Below the pieces are notes generated by a model, which searched no databases, was not told where the DNA came from, and worked only from the letters and a program-made list of their open reading frames with translations. Shown piece by piece: positions 1 to 13,320 of a stretch of DNA of 64,000 nucleotides (its first letter is position 1; the number at the start of each line of letters is the position of its first letter). A program made the translations under genes and the position numbers. The stretch is from assembly GCF_009914755.1 (NCBI RefSeq), contig NC_060934.1. One strand, written 5' to 3'. The DNA comes from the human T2T-CHM13v2.0 reference genome, Homo sapiens.

Positions 1-599
1 CAGGTTATTTGGATATTTGCATGTTTTGCAAGAAAGACAGATGCATAATTATGGAAAGGGGATTTGGAGCTAAAGTAGTAGGAGCAGGTATAAAAGTAGA
101 TGCATTTGAGATCACTTTTTCTTTCACTGTAGATACGACAGACTTTAAACTGGGTTAGACATTTATTCAGATACAGTTATGCTCCAGAAATCTGAAGTGA
201 GAATAGCTTTCCTCCATGGCGTCTTGCCAGCCAACACTATGACCAACAACAAAACTCAATTACTGAGTAACTATTGCGCGTAAAAGAATCATAGGGTCAC
301 CCCAGTACCAAAGAGCAACACAGAGCAGTGGCTAAAAATGTGCTCTGAAGTCAGACCACTGAGATCAAGCAAGGCTCAATTCTATCATCTTACCAGATCA
401 CTATATTTGGACGACTGAGTTAACCTCTCTCTTCTTCTCTTCTGTCATAAGTTGAATTATTGAAATTATAAAATTATAAAACCTGAAAAGATTATCAGAT
501 TTTATAATTAGACAATGAAGGCCCAAAAAATGAACACTGTCATTATTTACTGTCTGGGGCACTAATTCTATAATAAATCAATCACAATGCCAAAAAATA

Positions 600-865
600 T
601 TATTGTCGTTTTGAATTTAAATGCATTGTTCAGCAAATTTTTATCGAATTCTTTTTATCAAGAATACATTTTAGTTAACCCAAAATATACAAAATATTAC
701 TTCAAATTGTATTCAAGTTGCTTTTAGAAAAGCAACGCAGCATTGTGCATTATTTTTCTACAAAGTCTCCTAAATTCCGTGTGTATTTGACATTTGCAAC
801 ACATCTCAATTCAGAAGAGCCGCGTTCAGAGGATTTGAAGGTTGGTGGCAGCTGTGTGGGACATA
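600..865 (+). mobile_element. MER33/MER3-like hAT-Charlie DNA transposon remnant
   Basis: 'aattccgtgtgtatttgacatttgcaacacatctcaattcagaagagcc' resembles the recalled MER33 3' half. Boundaries approximate. Confidence 0.55.
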
Positions 866-1745
866 TCAAATTCTTAAAATGTGCTAGACACTAGTCTATA
901 TGATGTGAATGACAAAAAAAAATGATGCTTCCTTCCTTTAAGGAGCAGGCAACATGGGTCAGACATTCAGTGCCCTCCTTTTTAGCTCTATTGAAAAATG
1001 AGCTAGACAGTCACACTACTGAGGAGTAAAACAACTGAATTCAACCCCCGCCAGGAACTGCAGCTTTGTACCCATTACAAATCTCTGCCCCTCCCTTCTC
1101 CTGCTCCAAGTCTCTGATAACCACTATTGTAACTTCACATTGGATTAGTTAATTGTTTATTAATTGTTTATTATCTAATTGAATGTGAGTAAACTTGAGT
1201 TTATTATCTAAACCCAAGTTAGACAGTAAGCCATAAATATATATTACTGACATCACAATCGCCTCCATTTATAATCAATTACTGAACAAATTGTACCAAA
1301 CATGTGTACTTAAAATCCAAAGGAGAGAGACACTGATGTGATCGATGGAAGGACTACTGATGAGTAAAATCCCAAGTTAGATCTTATAGGATGAATGCAT
1401 CTTTCCTGGATTAAAAGAAAGGAAAGGATATTGCAAACCTAGGAATAAACTGAGCAAGTTATGGCATTTGGAAAGGTAGGCCTATTTAATTGGCAGCGAG
1501 TAGGTCCTCTTGGCTGGAGCAGATTCATCTTGTTTAGATCAATAGAGGAGATAATAAGATTAACCTTATAGGTTAATGGTAGAATTTGGTTGTAGAAGGA
1601 AGTTTGAGGACAAAGAAGAATTTTCCAGTGAAGGACAGGTCTATCTAAGATTGCAGGGTCATCCTCAACACCAACATCGTCACAGGGAAGTCTTGAATTG
1701 CATGGACCATGAGTAGATAATGTCTGACATTTTTCTCATGTTTAG

Positions 1746-1853
1746 ATTCTGTGGCTTACCTCTAGAAGGCCTGCCAAGGGGATAATGGGCTTTAATGATT
1801 TCATCACCAAATAACCATGAGTATGTTCCTCTCTCTGTTTAGTGGTGCATATG
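1746..1853 (+). other. Candidate non-coding (lncRNA or cryptic) exon, 108 nt
   Basis: Acceptor 'tttttctcatgtttag' ends at 1745. Donor 'ATG|GTGAGT' is at 1853/1854. All three frames contain stops. Confidence 0.25.
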
Positions 1854-2159
1854 GTGAGTATATCGTGTGGATGGACAGAAAGGCTGCTAGATTCCCCCTC
1901 CAATATCACTTTCACCTGAATGGCTGTGAAGATTTAATGATTTAATTTCTATAGAAGTTCTTTGTAAATTGTCACAGGCAGTGTCAAATTGAGATTGAGG
2001 AGCATAGAATACAATTGACATTTTTGACTTACAATCAGTTGTGGCAACAAGGCAATAGACAGAGCTAGACTTTGACCTCCAGGACTCCTCTTTTCCATAC
2101 CAGTGCCATGCATAACACTGCCTCCATTTTTAAGACAACTCTTCATTTTTTCTCTCTTT

Positions 2160-2295
2160 AGTGGCAAATACTGTGTAAGTAACTCCCCTTCTCTCAACTT
2201 CGCTATGAAGCAGATATTACTGCTACCACATTTCCCAGATGAGGAAAGTGATACTGAGATAAGACAGGTAAACAGCCCAAGGTCACACATCTTTA
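2160..2295 (-). mobile_element. MIR SINE fragment
   Basis: 'catttcccagatgaggaaagtgatactgaga...gcccaaggtcacaca' is the reverse complement of the MIR core. Confidence 0.7.
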
Positions 2296-2689
2296 ATGAG
2301 CAAAGGCAGGCCTTGACCCTAGCCCACCTCTGCGAGATGCTAAAATCTGGCTACAAAGTCTTGCTAAAGGATTTCTAAGCCTACGCCACACAGGCTTTGG
2401 AGTTAAAGGCTGCCTGCCTGCTGCTCCTTACTTGGGATTCAGGGTACCCAGGGCTCCCCACTATGGCTCTCTTGACCCCGATTTATCCCTGTGCCCCCTA
2501 AATGCCCTTTGCCTTTTCTTCTTAGTTAACTGTGTGCACCTTTGAAAATTTATATAACTATGTCTTCTTGTCACTAACAGAAAAGCTACAGCTATAAAAT
2601 GGAACTTTCTGGAATGAATGGTTATATAATGATGCTCTGTGAAGGAAAAAGATATAACTTTCCTAAGGGTAGCTTTTGGTTTCGACCCA

Positions 2690-2830
2690 TTTATGAAGTT
2701 CCCTCAGACAAGTATCTCAAATGCTTTGTACCTCAGTTTCTTCATTTATTAAAGAAGAAAACATTGGCTGCCTTCTCTGTTCAGGAGGGCTGATGGGAGG
2801 ATGAAATCAGATAGCTCAAAATGGAGAAAA
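2690..2830 (+). mobile_element. MIR SINE fragment
   Basis: 'caagtatctcaaatgctttgtacctcagtttcttcatttatt' is a MIR core motif. Confidence 0.55.
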
Positions 2831-2918
2831 CAACTAAATTATAAAGCTCCAAACAAATGGAAAGCATTGTTACTTGGCAGGAAGCTTTGCTTGTAGAGAG
2901 TCACGTTAACAAGGACTG

Positions 2919-3057
2919 TGGCAGGAGAATGGCGTGAACCCAGGAGGTAGCGCTTACAGTGAGCCGAGATAGCGCCACTGCACTCTGGCCTGGGCAAAAG
3001 AGAGAGACTCCGTCTCAAAAAAAAAAACAAAACAAAACAACAACAACAACAACAAAA
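2919..3057 (+). mobile_element. 5'-truncated AluY (right-arm 3' part only, AluYk-like) with A/C-rich tail
   Basis: 'ggcaggagaatggcgtgaaccc...gagatagcgccactgcactctggcctgggcaaaagagagagactccgtctc' followed by an A/(CAA)n tail. The 11-bp TSD aacaaggactg lies at 2908-2918 and 3058-3068. Confidence 0.9.
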
Positions 3058-3924
3058 AACAAGGACTGAACCCATATTGTAGTGATGACACTGACTGCTG
3101 GAGTAAGCTTGTGCATGTCCCTTAAAGTCTCTGAGCTTCAGTTTTCTAATCTGAAAAACAGAGAAACAGAGTTTCTCGCAGGATTTCTGTGAAGATTAAT
3201 TAGGGTTTTTCTTAGAACTTAATTGTTTACAAATCATTCTAATATTTACCACAATTGATTATTGATTGGAAATAACACATTAGAACATCTGTAAAATGCA
3301 AATAAATATACACAAAGGTTAGAGATCAGTATGGTTTGCTGAAACAACTTCAGGTAACTGGGGGCTTTTGTAGGCTGCCAAGCAAGCCTGTATAGATCAT
3401 GGCATAATCAGCCTAAACGGTCGTGCTCCACAGTCTGAGTCAGAACAAGTCTGAAGTCTAAGACACAGACTTTTCTTCCAGTTGTGGGGGGCGTTAAAAA
3501 GACTTGGTGCATAGAAGGACGGTTACTCTTAATAATAATGTCTTCATCAGAGCATGTGCTAGGCAAGTCCCTGCTGTCCCTACTGTCCAGAGGAGGGAGG
3601 GAGAAGTGGGGAGCTACCTTCGTCCACTCAGCCCTTCCATCCTTGGGAGAGCGCGTGCAGCAGTGTCTTGCTGTGCAGGCTAAGCTGGGCAGCCCAAGCA
3701 CTTGGAATGAGGTCAAGAACTTTTCTGACTCCTTAGGTACCTGCTTCCGTAATTTTTGTCTGCACTTGAGACTTACTCAGTGGCTGTGGCCTGGAAACTT
3801 TCTGGCTAGCAAAGAGATGGGCTTGTCCCTGAAATCCAGGTCCCAGAAATAATTCTGGTGAGAGCTATCTTTTTCAAAGCAAAAAGCAGCATAAAAAAGG
3901 TAAACAGGTTATCCTTGGGCTTAA

Positions 3925-4155
3925 TATGGGCCTCGGAATCAAGTATACAAAACCCAGCTTTACTATTCAGTGTCTTTATATTTCTAGGCACATGACATGG
4001 TCTTCTTCAATCTTGGTTTCATCATCTCTTTAAAGGGGATAATAATCCCAGCCTTTCTAGTTCATGGTAATTAAATATTATTAAAAGAGATAATATATAA
4101 TGAGGTGAGCATTGTAATGAACACATACTAAATGTTCAAATATGAAAGCTATTAC
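3925..4155 (+). mobile_element. MIR SINE
   Basis: 'tcttggtttcatcatctctttaaaggggataataat...aaatgttcaaatatgaaagctattac' matches the MIR core and 3' end. Confidence 0.55.
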
Positions 4156-4899
4156 TTTAATGTTTTTTCATCTTTTAGGAATATAGACAAAAACATAACA
4201 TATGTATTATGCCTTTGCCTACTGTGTCAAAGCGAAGGCCTTTATTTAATGCTGAACTTAGGCAAGGCAGTTTGCTGAAGCTCTGGTGAATACAAATAAA
4301 TTTACTTAGTAACCCTTGTCTTTAAATAGCTTCCAAACCGGTAAAATACAGCAGGAAAAAATGAGTCGCAAAAGGCAGTATAGGGGCCAAATGAACAGTC
4401 AAGATGAAAAGTGCTACAGGAACTGAGATGAGAGAGAGAAATGATATGGGAAAACATTTAACAGAGAATCTTTTCTTGTTTTATTTAGTCCATCCATCTG
4501 CCAGTCAGCCTGTCAATTATTAATATTAGTGAACGCCAATATTGTTCCAAAAGCCATACTAAAGGTAATGTTTGAGTTGGGCCTTAAAAGGTAAATAGGA
4601 AGGGTATGGAGAGGGTAGAGAAAGTGGGATTAATTTCCCTATGTATTTAATTGGATGTCAATGTAAATTTAAAAAATCATATTCAATTTTTCCTTAGCTG
4701 TAGATGTAACTACTTGCTGATAATTCCCGTATGTTTGTCCTCATCCCGAACTCCTCTCTCTGACTCTGGGAAAGTAGTTCTCTCCAGATATGCTAATAAT
4801 ATCTCAAATTTAACACATTCTTACATATATTGTGAGCATTGTCTTTTCATAAAAAAATGAGCACTATGTTAGCTCCTGTCTCAACTAAGGTCATTACTA

Positions 4900-5345
4900 T
4901 CTATTAGGAGAAGATTTCTGCCCTGGTCCTGAGTGTCTTTGCTGGGTATGCAAGAGTACCCAAAGGCCTAACTGTTCTTTAAACCAGAGTCATTTCTACT
5001 GCTAGTCATATAGATGTTTAAGCAGGCCAAGATGACTGCAACATGATGCAGTATGACCACCTACTCCCCAAAGACTGGGGACTGTCCTATTTAGTGCTTG
5101 CTATAAAATATACTGGGCCCTTAGCCCTGGGTTCTTCAGCTGCAATGCAACCCACCGAGTGTGTAGCTGCAATCTGGACCCATCACATCACTCTGTGGGC
5201 CTTGGGGCCAAGGGAATTGGTACTACTATGCCAAGACTCCTATTCATTGCTGCTGTGCAATGATTAATATCCTGTCTTGTATTGATCCACTGAGTCTCAT
5301 TGTCTGCTTCTGCTCTGTATTATTACTCCTTGCTCTATGAAATTG
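4900..5345 (+). mobile_element. ERVL LTR, LTR40-like
   Basis: 'ctgcaatgcaacccaccgagtgtgtagctgcaatctggaccc...gggccttggggccaagggaattgg...gagtctcattgtctgcttctgc' resembles recalled LTR40. A TATA-like 'tataaaa' is at about 5102. Confidence 0.55.
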
Positions 5346-5584
5346 TTTTTTTTTTCTGATACCATCCAACCAATATTCCAATTTCTGCACCTCAAAAATT
5401 ACCTCTCTCTGGACCTTGCAACCGTGCTGTCATAAGATCAGAAAATCAAAACCCCGCCACTCCAAAGATACATTCTCTAGCTTTTTTCTCCACAGATTTC
5501 CTAAATTTATTCCTTTTATCTGAGGACTTATTCATCTCAGACAGGTCATCTTATAATTTAGTGATTGCCTGTTTAGGGTTGAAG

Positions 5585-5805
5585 TAAGAGAGCCTGGATT
5601 TGAATCTAAGCAGCACTACCTGAAATCGTTATGATTTGAATGGCTTCTTAATATCTTAGTGACTTGTTCTCCTCTGATATAAAAGTAGGCTAGTAGTAGT
5701 AACTAACTTATGGGGTTGCATGAGTATTATGTGAGTTAAAATGTGTAAAGCACCTGTGACAGTGCTCAGAAAATCGTAGGGGCCCCGTAAATGTTAACCG
5801 TCATC
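5585..5805 (+). mobile_element. MIR SINE
   Basis: 'gcctggatttgaatct...aacttatggggttgcatgagtattatgtgagttaaaatgtgtaaagcacct'. Confidence 0.65.
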
Positions 5806-6739
5806 ATTATTATTTTCATCATAAACTTTAGCCTTATGGCATTTTAAACACCAAGGCGTAGTCTTCAGAGCCATATCTCTCAAATGCTTGAAGGTCTTTC
5901 TACTGGTTTAACAACAGGCACAAAGGCAAATTCTCAATCTTTGGCTTTTAAAGATCTGAAGTCATTCTACTTTCCCTTTGATAATCTCTATCTAATGCAA
6001 CATAAATTATGTTGAACATGCCTTTCTTCTTCAAAAACAACACATCCTTTTATTTCCTTTTCATTGAACTTCTTCCTAGTTTTCTCAGGTTTTTTTTTTC
6101 TTCCTTCATTTTTCTGTATTTATATTTCTTATTGTCCTTAAATGACTATGCCTATTCTATGTCTGAGCACAGTGAATAAAACATTAAATTTAATTAAAAA
6201 TTTAAGAAAGAGAAGGAATGAGAAAGAAAGCACTAGAAATACCAGTTTCAAAATTTTGTGCATTGAGAAATCATTATTTCCAAAAGATTTTCTAAGGGCC
6301 ACTGTCCTTATGACAATTCAGTGTTCTATATATGTTCACAGGTTATTTTTTTATCTTAGGAGAAATAAAAATCCTTACTGGATAATCCTTATTTATGCGT
6401 GTTTTTAAACATACTCATACTTCCCTCTATTGTTTGTTTCATAGAGAGCACAAATCAGATTTGGATATCTTATCTGGGATTTAAACAAATACGTTTATAC
6501 ATGAGTCTATCAAAATCCTTATTTACATATAAGAAAAAATATATGCTCAGCTTTGCCCAAGAAAGTCCCAGTTGATGCCTATAATTCTGGTTTAATTATT
6601 AATAGCTCTCATTTCAGTCTCAAAAGTATCTCCATTTTGATGGTGAATCATATTGGCATCCTAGTTATAAGAAAGTTTTATGACTGAGGTTGTACAAGAA
6701 ATCAAAAAGTTGCAATCAACTATTATTTACATGGTATAA

Positions 6740-7275
<536 letters not shown>

Positions 7276-7289
7276 TAACTTGGACTTTC

Positions 7290-7760
7290 TTAAAGGAAAA
7301 AGGAAAAGCTCAATGCTGCCTCATTTCAGGAATAGTTGGATTTGTGTGTTCAAAAAATGTCATCAGGAGCTATCTCTACCTCTCAGTTTTGCTTTCAGCT
7401 ATGTTGGTTTCATTCTCAAAATGGCTTTCTCCTTACAGAGACCCTGTAAGATCCAGGCTGACACTCTTGTAGCTACACATCCTTTAGTGAGACTACTTTG
7501 GTTGACACCAGCAACCCTCAAAATTCATTTTGACGAGATGGTTTTTGGGTTATGAATCTGCATGTAAGTAGGAGGCTTGGAGATTGAATAGGTGGATCAT
7601 CTAGGCCTGAGTCATATATAGACTATATATAGATACAGAAGAAGCTGGAATGAACCAACCCAAACCACATGAACTGATATTGGGAATTGTTTTCTAGGAA
7701 TAGAGAGGAGCTTTTACCAGAAAACACCTACAGAATGGCAAAACTGGAAATCACAGTCCA
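7290..7760. mobile_element. Old MaLR LTR (MLT1J/K/L-like) remnant
   Basis: 'tcaggaatagttggatt...aatgtcatcagga...tgttggtttcattctc' is typical of old MLT1. Highly diverged. Confidence 0.4.
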
Positions 7761-8821
7761 CTCAGGTTCACCATGGTCAACCAACTGCAGATTAATTGCT
7801 CATCATTTATTTTCTTCATAAAATAAATGTTTATTTTTAATCTACAGGCTAAGATGGGTTTATTTTTTGGTTCTTGTAATTGAACATGTGTCTGTGCATG
7901 TGCCTGTGCACATCCTTTCTTTTTTTTTAATTTTTTGTGCATGACTCCTCTTTAAAGAATAACTAAGGGTACCAGGCTTCCTCTTCCTCTATCTTAAGAC
8001 TCTTCATCTCAAAGCTTTCTCCAACCAACCATGGACAGGGGAAAACTATGAAGAATTCGAATATGCATGAGTGAGTGTTATGGGACGGGCCCGGATGCGC
8101 ATATATGACTTCCACCTACATTTCATTAGTCAGAACACAGGGCCATAGTTGAACACAACTGCAAAGGGAACTAAGAAATGTAATTTATCTCTGAGCATAG
8201 AGGAGCTTAAACCTAATTCCCTGAATCTAATAAGTGGTTCCATTTTGTTTCCTGGGGTAAGGGAAAAAAAGTCTATGTCCGCATGCAAGAAAATGAGCTT
8301 CTTGCCTTGTTCTCTGTGCCTGAATCCCAGCTTTTATAGGGTTCCAGTATTTTGAGACATAACATTCTGATACCTTTAGAAAGATCCCTTAGCCACTACT
8401 TATCCAGGGATCAGCTCTTAGATCTCTGGTTTGCAAACTCCCAGCCAATCCTTGTCCTGTCCTGGAGGACATTCTCCAGGCCAGTAAGACTCTATTATGA
8501 CATCCCTAACCTTATCACAACTCCATCCCCAAACTGACCACAGTAACTCTTATTGTGTTGATTGCTCTTTACCAACTTGTTTTTACTGCAGGAGCCATTA
8601 GCATTTACTTTCCCATGTTCAGCAATTTTTATGGCATTATTTCCAGCCGTGCTTTAGGTAACAGTCTGTCAACCCCTTGATAACAATCCCAATTTATCGC
8701 TAAGTTGTAAACATTGTCTCCAAGCAAAGATTGGCCTATAGGGTCTAAGCCCTGAAGCAATTTTATTTTTACAAATTCTAAATAAAACTTATGTTACTCA
8801 GAAGGTAATTCTGGGTGGGTC

Positions 8822-8920
8822 ATGAGAAGAAGAAAAGGATTAAAACGTGGAGGAGAAGAGGGGAGGGAAGGGGGAGAGAGAGAGGAAGAGGGAGAGACAG
8901 AGAGAGAAAGTGAAAGGAAA
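8822..8920 (+). repeat. GA-rich low-complexity polypurine tract
   Basis: 'ggaggagaagaggggagggaagggggagagagagaggaagagggagagacagagagagaaag'. Confidence 0.8.
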
Positions 8921-9929
8921 AACTATCTGCAAAGCTTTGGAGTTCTTTCAAAGAAGAAATAAGAGAAAAAATATGTCACCACCTGTCAGAGGATAAAAGA
9001 AAGTAAAAGAATAAAACAGGTAAAACAATAAGATAGAGAGCCAAGAAAGCACAAACAAGGGGCAGGTTATAACTGAAAAAGTGTGTAGAGAAAATATTAT
9101 GGAAAGGCATAGGAGAGAGGCCAGATAAGGGGCCTGTTTGAAAATATGTCTCTGTTTCCCTGCTTTAAACTCCTAACCAGCCATCATAGAATTCATCAGC
9201 AAGCACTGAATGATCATGTACAATTTGCTGGGCACATGTGTTATGTGTGTTCCCACAGATGCATGTTTTAAGGTGTGTATCCCATTTGAGCAATGGTGGA
9301 TAAGAGGCAGAAGTGGAACAGATTCTCAGAGGTACAGGCTTTCAGAAGAGGGAAAGATCTATGTCAGCTGGAGAACTCAGAAAAGGATTATTAAGGGGAA
9401 TGAGGGTTCAGCTGATCTTAGAAGTTTGAGCATGACCAAAACATAGAGATAAAGGCTGAGATCACTCTTAGTAGGAAGAGAAGAAGAAGGACATGTAAAG
9501 GCTGGACTTAATCAGGAAATCTGTAGTACGGGAACTGCAGTTGATGGAAGGATTTGATGGAGGGAGAGAAAGAGAGAAAACAGAATCAGATTAGAGAAAG
9601 TAAAGGAAAAAGAGGAAAGAATAAGAAAATAAAATAGAGAGAATGGGGGCGGGTGGAGAATTTAAAAAAAGACAAACTTTCAGAGACTTACAGATTTTCT
9701 GGGTGTAGAATGATGTTGTTGGCCTCACAGGGCACTGCTAAGAAGAGCTGGCCCTGCTCTGAGGCTAAGCTTCTGTAACTGTCCACTTGGAGAGTTGTAA
9801 GCTGAGAAAGCACAGGCTGACCCTTGGTCAGATGTCCTGAATTGCAGTCAGGTTGGCAGTGAAGCCATGTGATAACCCTGAACATCACCAGCTGAAATGC
9901 CAGTGTTAAAAGAGAGACACAAGCCATTA

Positions 9930-11465
9930 TCAGTCTAATTCCAACATCCTTACCATGTCTGTTTCAGATACATTCTGTCTATTCAAATTCTGTGTTTTTT
10001 TTTTGTTGTCGTTGTTGTTGTTTTTGCCTTTTAGTATGCTTTTGTATTCTGTTTTTTCTTAATAGGCCATGATATACCATGTCAAAGGGACTGCTCCAAA
10101 TAGTCCTTTAGTAATGTGGCAATAAGTTGTGGATGTGGGAAGTATTCTACAGCAGGTCCTGAAATAACATCATTTCCTTCGACATCATTTTGTTATAAAA
10201 CCTATGAGAAAAAAAATTAATTCCCAGCTGGGGTCACTGTCTATGTGGAGTTGGCACGTTCTCCCTATGTCTGCAGGTTTTTTCGCAGGTATTTTGCAGT
10301 TTCCTTCCACATCCCACAGCTGTGCCCCTGAGATGAACTGGCATGTCTAAACAGTCCCAGTCTTAATGAGTGTGTGGTGTGTGTGTGTGTGTGTGTGTGG
10401 ATATGTGTATGAGTGTGTCCTGGTATGGGATGGCATCCTGTCCAGCCACCTGAGATTCTGAATTAGAATAAAGGAGTAAATAATTATCTTGTTTTTATTA
10501 ATCTTTGGGAAATGTACGTATAGCTCATATTTATTTTACTGTTTAATATTAGAAGTGTTTTGGGTTTTATTTAGAAGTTTGAGGATGTTGTTATGACCAG
10601 AAATATGCCATAGGAACTTAACTCTTGTTTATGTCAATTAGCCTGAAATAAAATTGGTGTCTTTATAGTCTGTTCACTTAAAGTCACAATTTTCAAGAAC
10701 CTATCTGTGACTTTGATGACATACTGTATAGTTCTCTGATTAGGTTAGTCTTTTGGTAAGCATATGTATGCCTCCGGACTGAGATTTTACGTGTATTTCT
10801 CATTGTTTTTCTCTCCCCCTAGGTGGAGCAGAGTGGCTGGAGTGGGCTTGATTTGTGTGTTTCCCTTCTCATTGGAAGGCTAGACCTGACTGGAGTTGAG
10901 TATTTCTCTTCCCCCAGGTCAGTTAGGCTGTGATAATACCCCAGCAGCTTAGGTTCTGGTTAACTAGTTTCCCTTGAGTGCAGTCCTCTTTAAGAAGAAC
11001 AGAGTGTTCTGCTGTATTTCAAAATGGTTCCTTTTCCCCTCCCTCTGCTGGAAACCCAAGGGGATTTTTCTCTGATATTTACTGTAAGAACTGGGTTGAG
11101 TGCCTGGAGGGAAAACTCACAAAAGTGGAGGGTGGGCAGTGTGATTGGTCTCTCTGGAGTTTTTAACTCTCATGCTTGTTTGCACTGAGCCTCCAGCAAT
11201 TCAGCAATTTGTCAATTACTGTTCAGATGCTCCTACCCCAGCCCTGGTTCTCTTGGCAGTTTCCACCGTGCATTTCTGCTCCAGTAAGCCTTCATTCCCT
11301 GTAGTTGCCTGTCTGTCTCTCCAATCCTGGGGACAACAGCGGTTTGCCCTGTGTTCTACCCTTTCTTCCTGATCCAGCAAGAGTTTGTTTTTCCATCCAT
11401 TTAGCTTTTTACTTGTTAGAATAAATTGATGACTTCTAAGCTCTGTAGGTGTGGAACCAGAAACA
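9930..11465 (-). mobile_element. Old L1M (L1MC/L1MD-like) 5' region, split by MER6A
   Basis: 'gggaagtattcta|...|tagttctctgattaggttagtcttttgg' reads continuously across the MER6A insertion and resembles antisense L1M 5' sequence. Confidence 0.55.
10150..10726 (+). mobile_element. MER6A TcMar-Tigger non-autonomous DNA transposon
   Basis: Begins TA|CAGCAGGTCCTGAAATAAC and ends ...ACTG|TA (TA target duplication). Internal 'tgtctatgtggagttggcacgttctccctatgtctgc' and a (TG)n match recalled MER6. Confidence 0.85.
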
Positions 11466-11479
11466 ATAAATGCAACCGA

Positions 11480-13320
11480 AGACTTTAAAATTGAATTTTA
11501 CCAATGTATACCCATACCAGCAGTGAGTGTTCCAGATACCTTCCTCCTTATCACTACTTAATATTGTCTGTCTCTATCATTTTAGTGATTTTGGTGGGTA
11601 TGTGTAGAATAATTTCACAGTGCTTTTAATTTACACATCACAGATAACTTAGAAATGACCATATTTTTTATGTGATGCTTGTCATATCTTCTGTGAAGTG
11701 GTGGTTCAATTATTTTATCAATTTTCTATTGGGTTTTAGCCTTTCAATCATTAATTTGAAGTTATTGTCATATGATTGTTATTTGATTGGTATATGTTCG
11801 TAATTGAATATATGTATTGCAAACATTTTCTCCTTGTCTGTGGTATCCTTGTTCATTCTCTTAATAGTGTTGCTTAATGAATAAAAGTTCTTAATTTTAA
11901 TGAAATGTATGATTAATGTTTTATTTTGTGGTTAGTACTCTTTGATATATATATTCAGGTAATCTTTGTCTTCCCCAACATAATATTCCTCAATTTTCTA
12001 AAGAAGATATACTTTTAAAATATTTAATTTATGATCATTTTCAAATTGATTTTTTAATGTGTGGTGAAAGGAGGGATCAAGGTTATATCGATAGATAGGT
12101 GTATATATAATACATATAGATACAGAAAATGACCTAGTAACAGTATTAAAAGGCTTTCCTTTACTCTCGGAATGTCTCTGTTAATTTACAAAATTATTAA
12201 TTTTAATATAGTCCCGTTTATCAATATTTTCTTTGTTTAAAACTTTGTGGAAAAAAATGCCAACCTCTGTGTCACAAATATATACCCCTATGCATTTTTA
12301 AAGAAAATTTAATATTTTTCATTTATAATTTACATTTGCAACCTAACTGGAAGTGAGTTTTTATTTTCTGGTAGAAAGAAGTATATATGTCTGTATATGT
12401 GTACGTGTGTGTATGTTTGTCCCAACATGGATATCCCACTGATCAGCATCCTGTATTGATATATTCATCCCTTCCCTTTTATACTATAGAATTCTCTTTT
12501 GCACTATAGGGAGACCATATACATGTGGGTCATTGCTGACTTTTCTACTGTGTTTGAATGTTCTATTTGTCAATCTTTGTGCCAGTACCACACTGTTGCT
12601 ATTATACTAGCTTATATTTAAAAGTTTTTTTCCCGTGGTGTAAGTTCTCCAGGTTTGGTCTTCCTGAAGATTGTCTTGGCTATTTTTTCCCACTATGAAA
12701 TGCCATGTGTATTTTAGAATAAACTCATCACTTTCATAACACCATGATATCTATAATGTGATTGTATTGATATTATAAAAATTTGAGAGAAGTTGAAATA
12801 TTTTCACAATAGTGATTTTTCCAATCCATGTAAAAGATAAATGCCCACATTAACATAACTTTAAATATTTTAAAGCAATCACATGTGATTTTTTGCATAC
12901 TGTTGGATACTTTAACGAAGATTTATTCCCAAATATTTGATGACTTTTATGCCATTTGAAATAGTATTGATTTTTAAAGTTTCTGGTTATATTTCTTTGT
13001 TGCTGATATATAAACTGACTTTTATATATAAACCTTGCTGCCTTGCTAAATTCATTTATTAATTTAATATTTTTATGTAGGTTTCTTTTAGATATTTTAA
13101 GGACATATGCATCATTTGAAAAAATTGAGATATTTGTTTTTTCAAATTTTTGTAAATTCATGCCTTTTATTTATTTTTTCTTATCTTATTGAAATGGTTA
13201 AAACCTCCAGTAGGTTAAACCAAGGTGATTATAGAGGGCATACATTTCTTTGTCCATAACTCAGCAGGAAATCATTTAATATTTCACCACTCTTAATGAT
13301 GGCTGATCATATTAAGTACT
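11480..13320 (-). mobile_element. Old L1M (L1ME-like) ORF2/3' region, degenerate
   Basis: T-rich antisense L1 motifs: 'gtgccagtaccacactg', 'aagattgtcttggctatt', 'cttgctaaattcatttatt', 'aaaacctccagta'. Confidence 0.7.
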
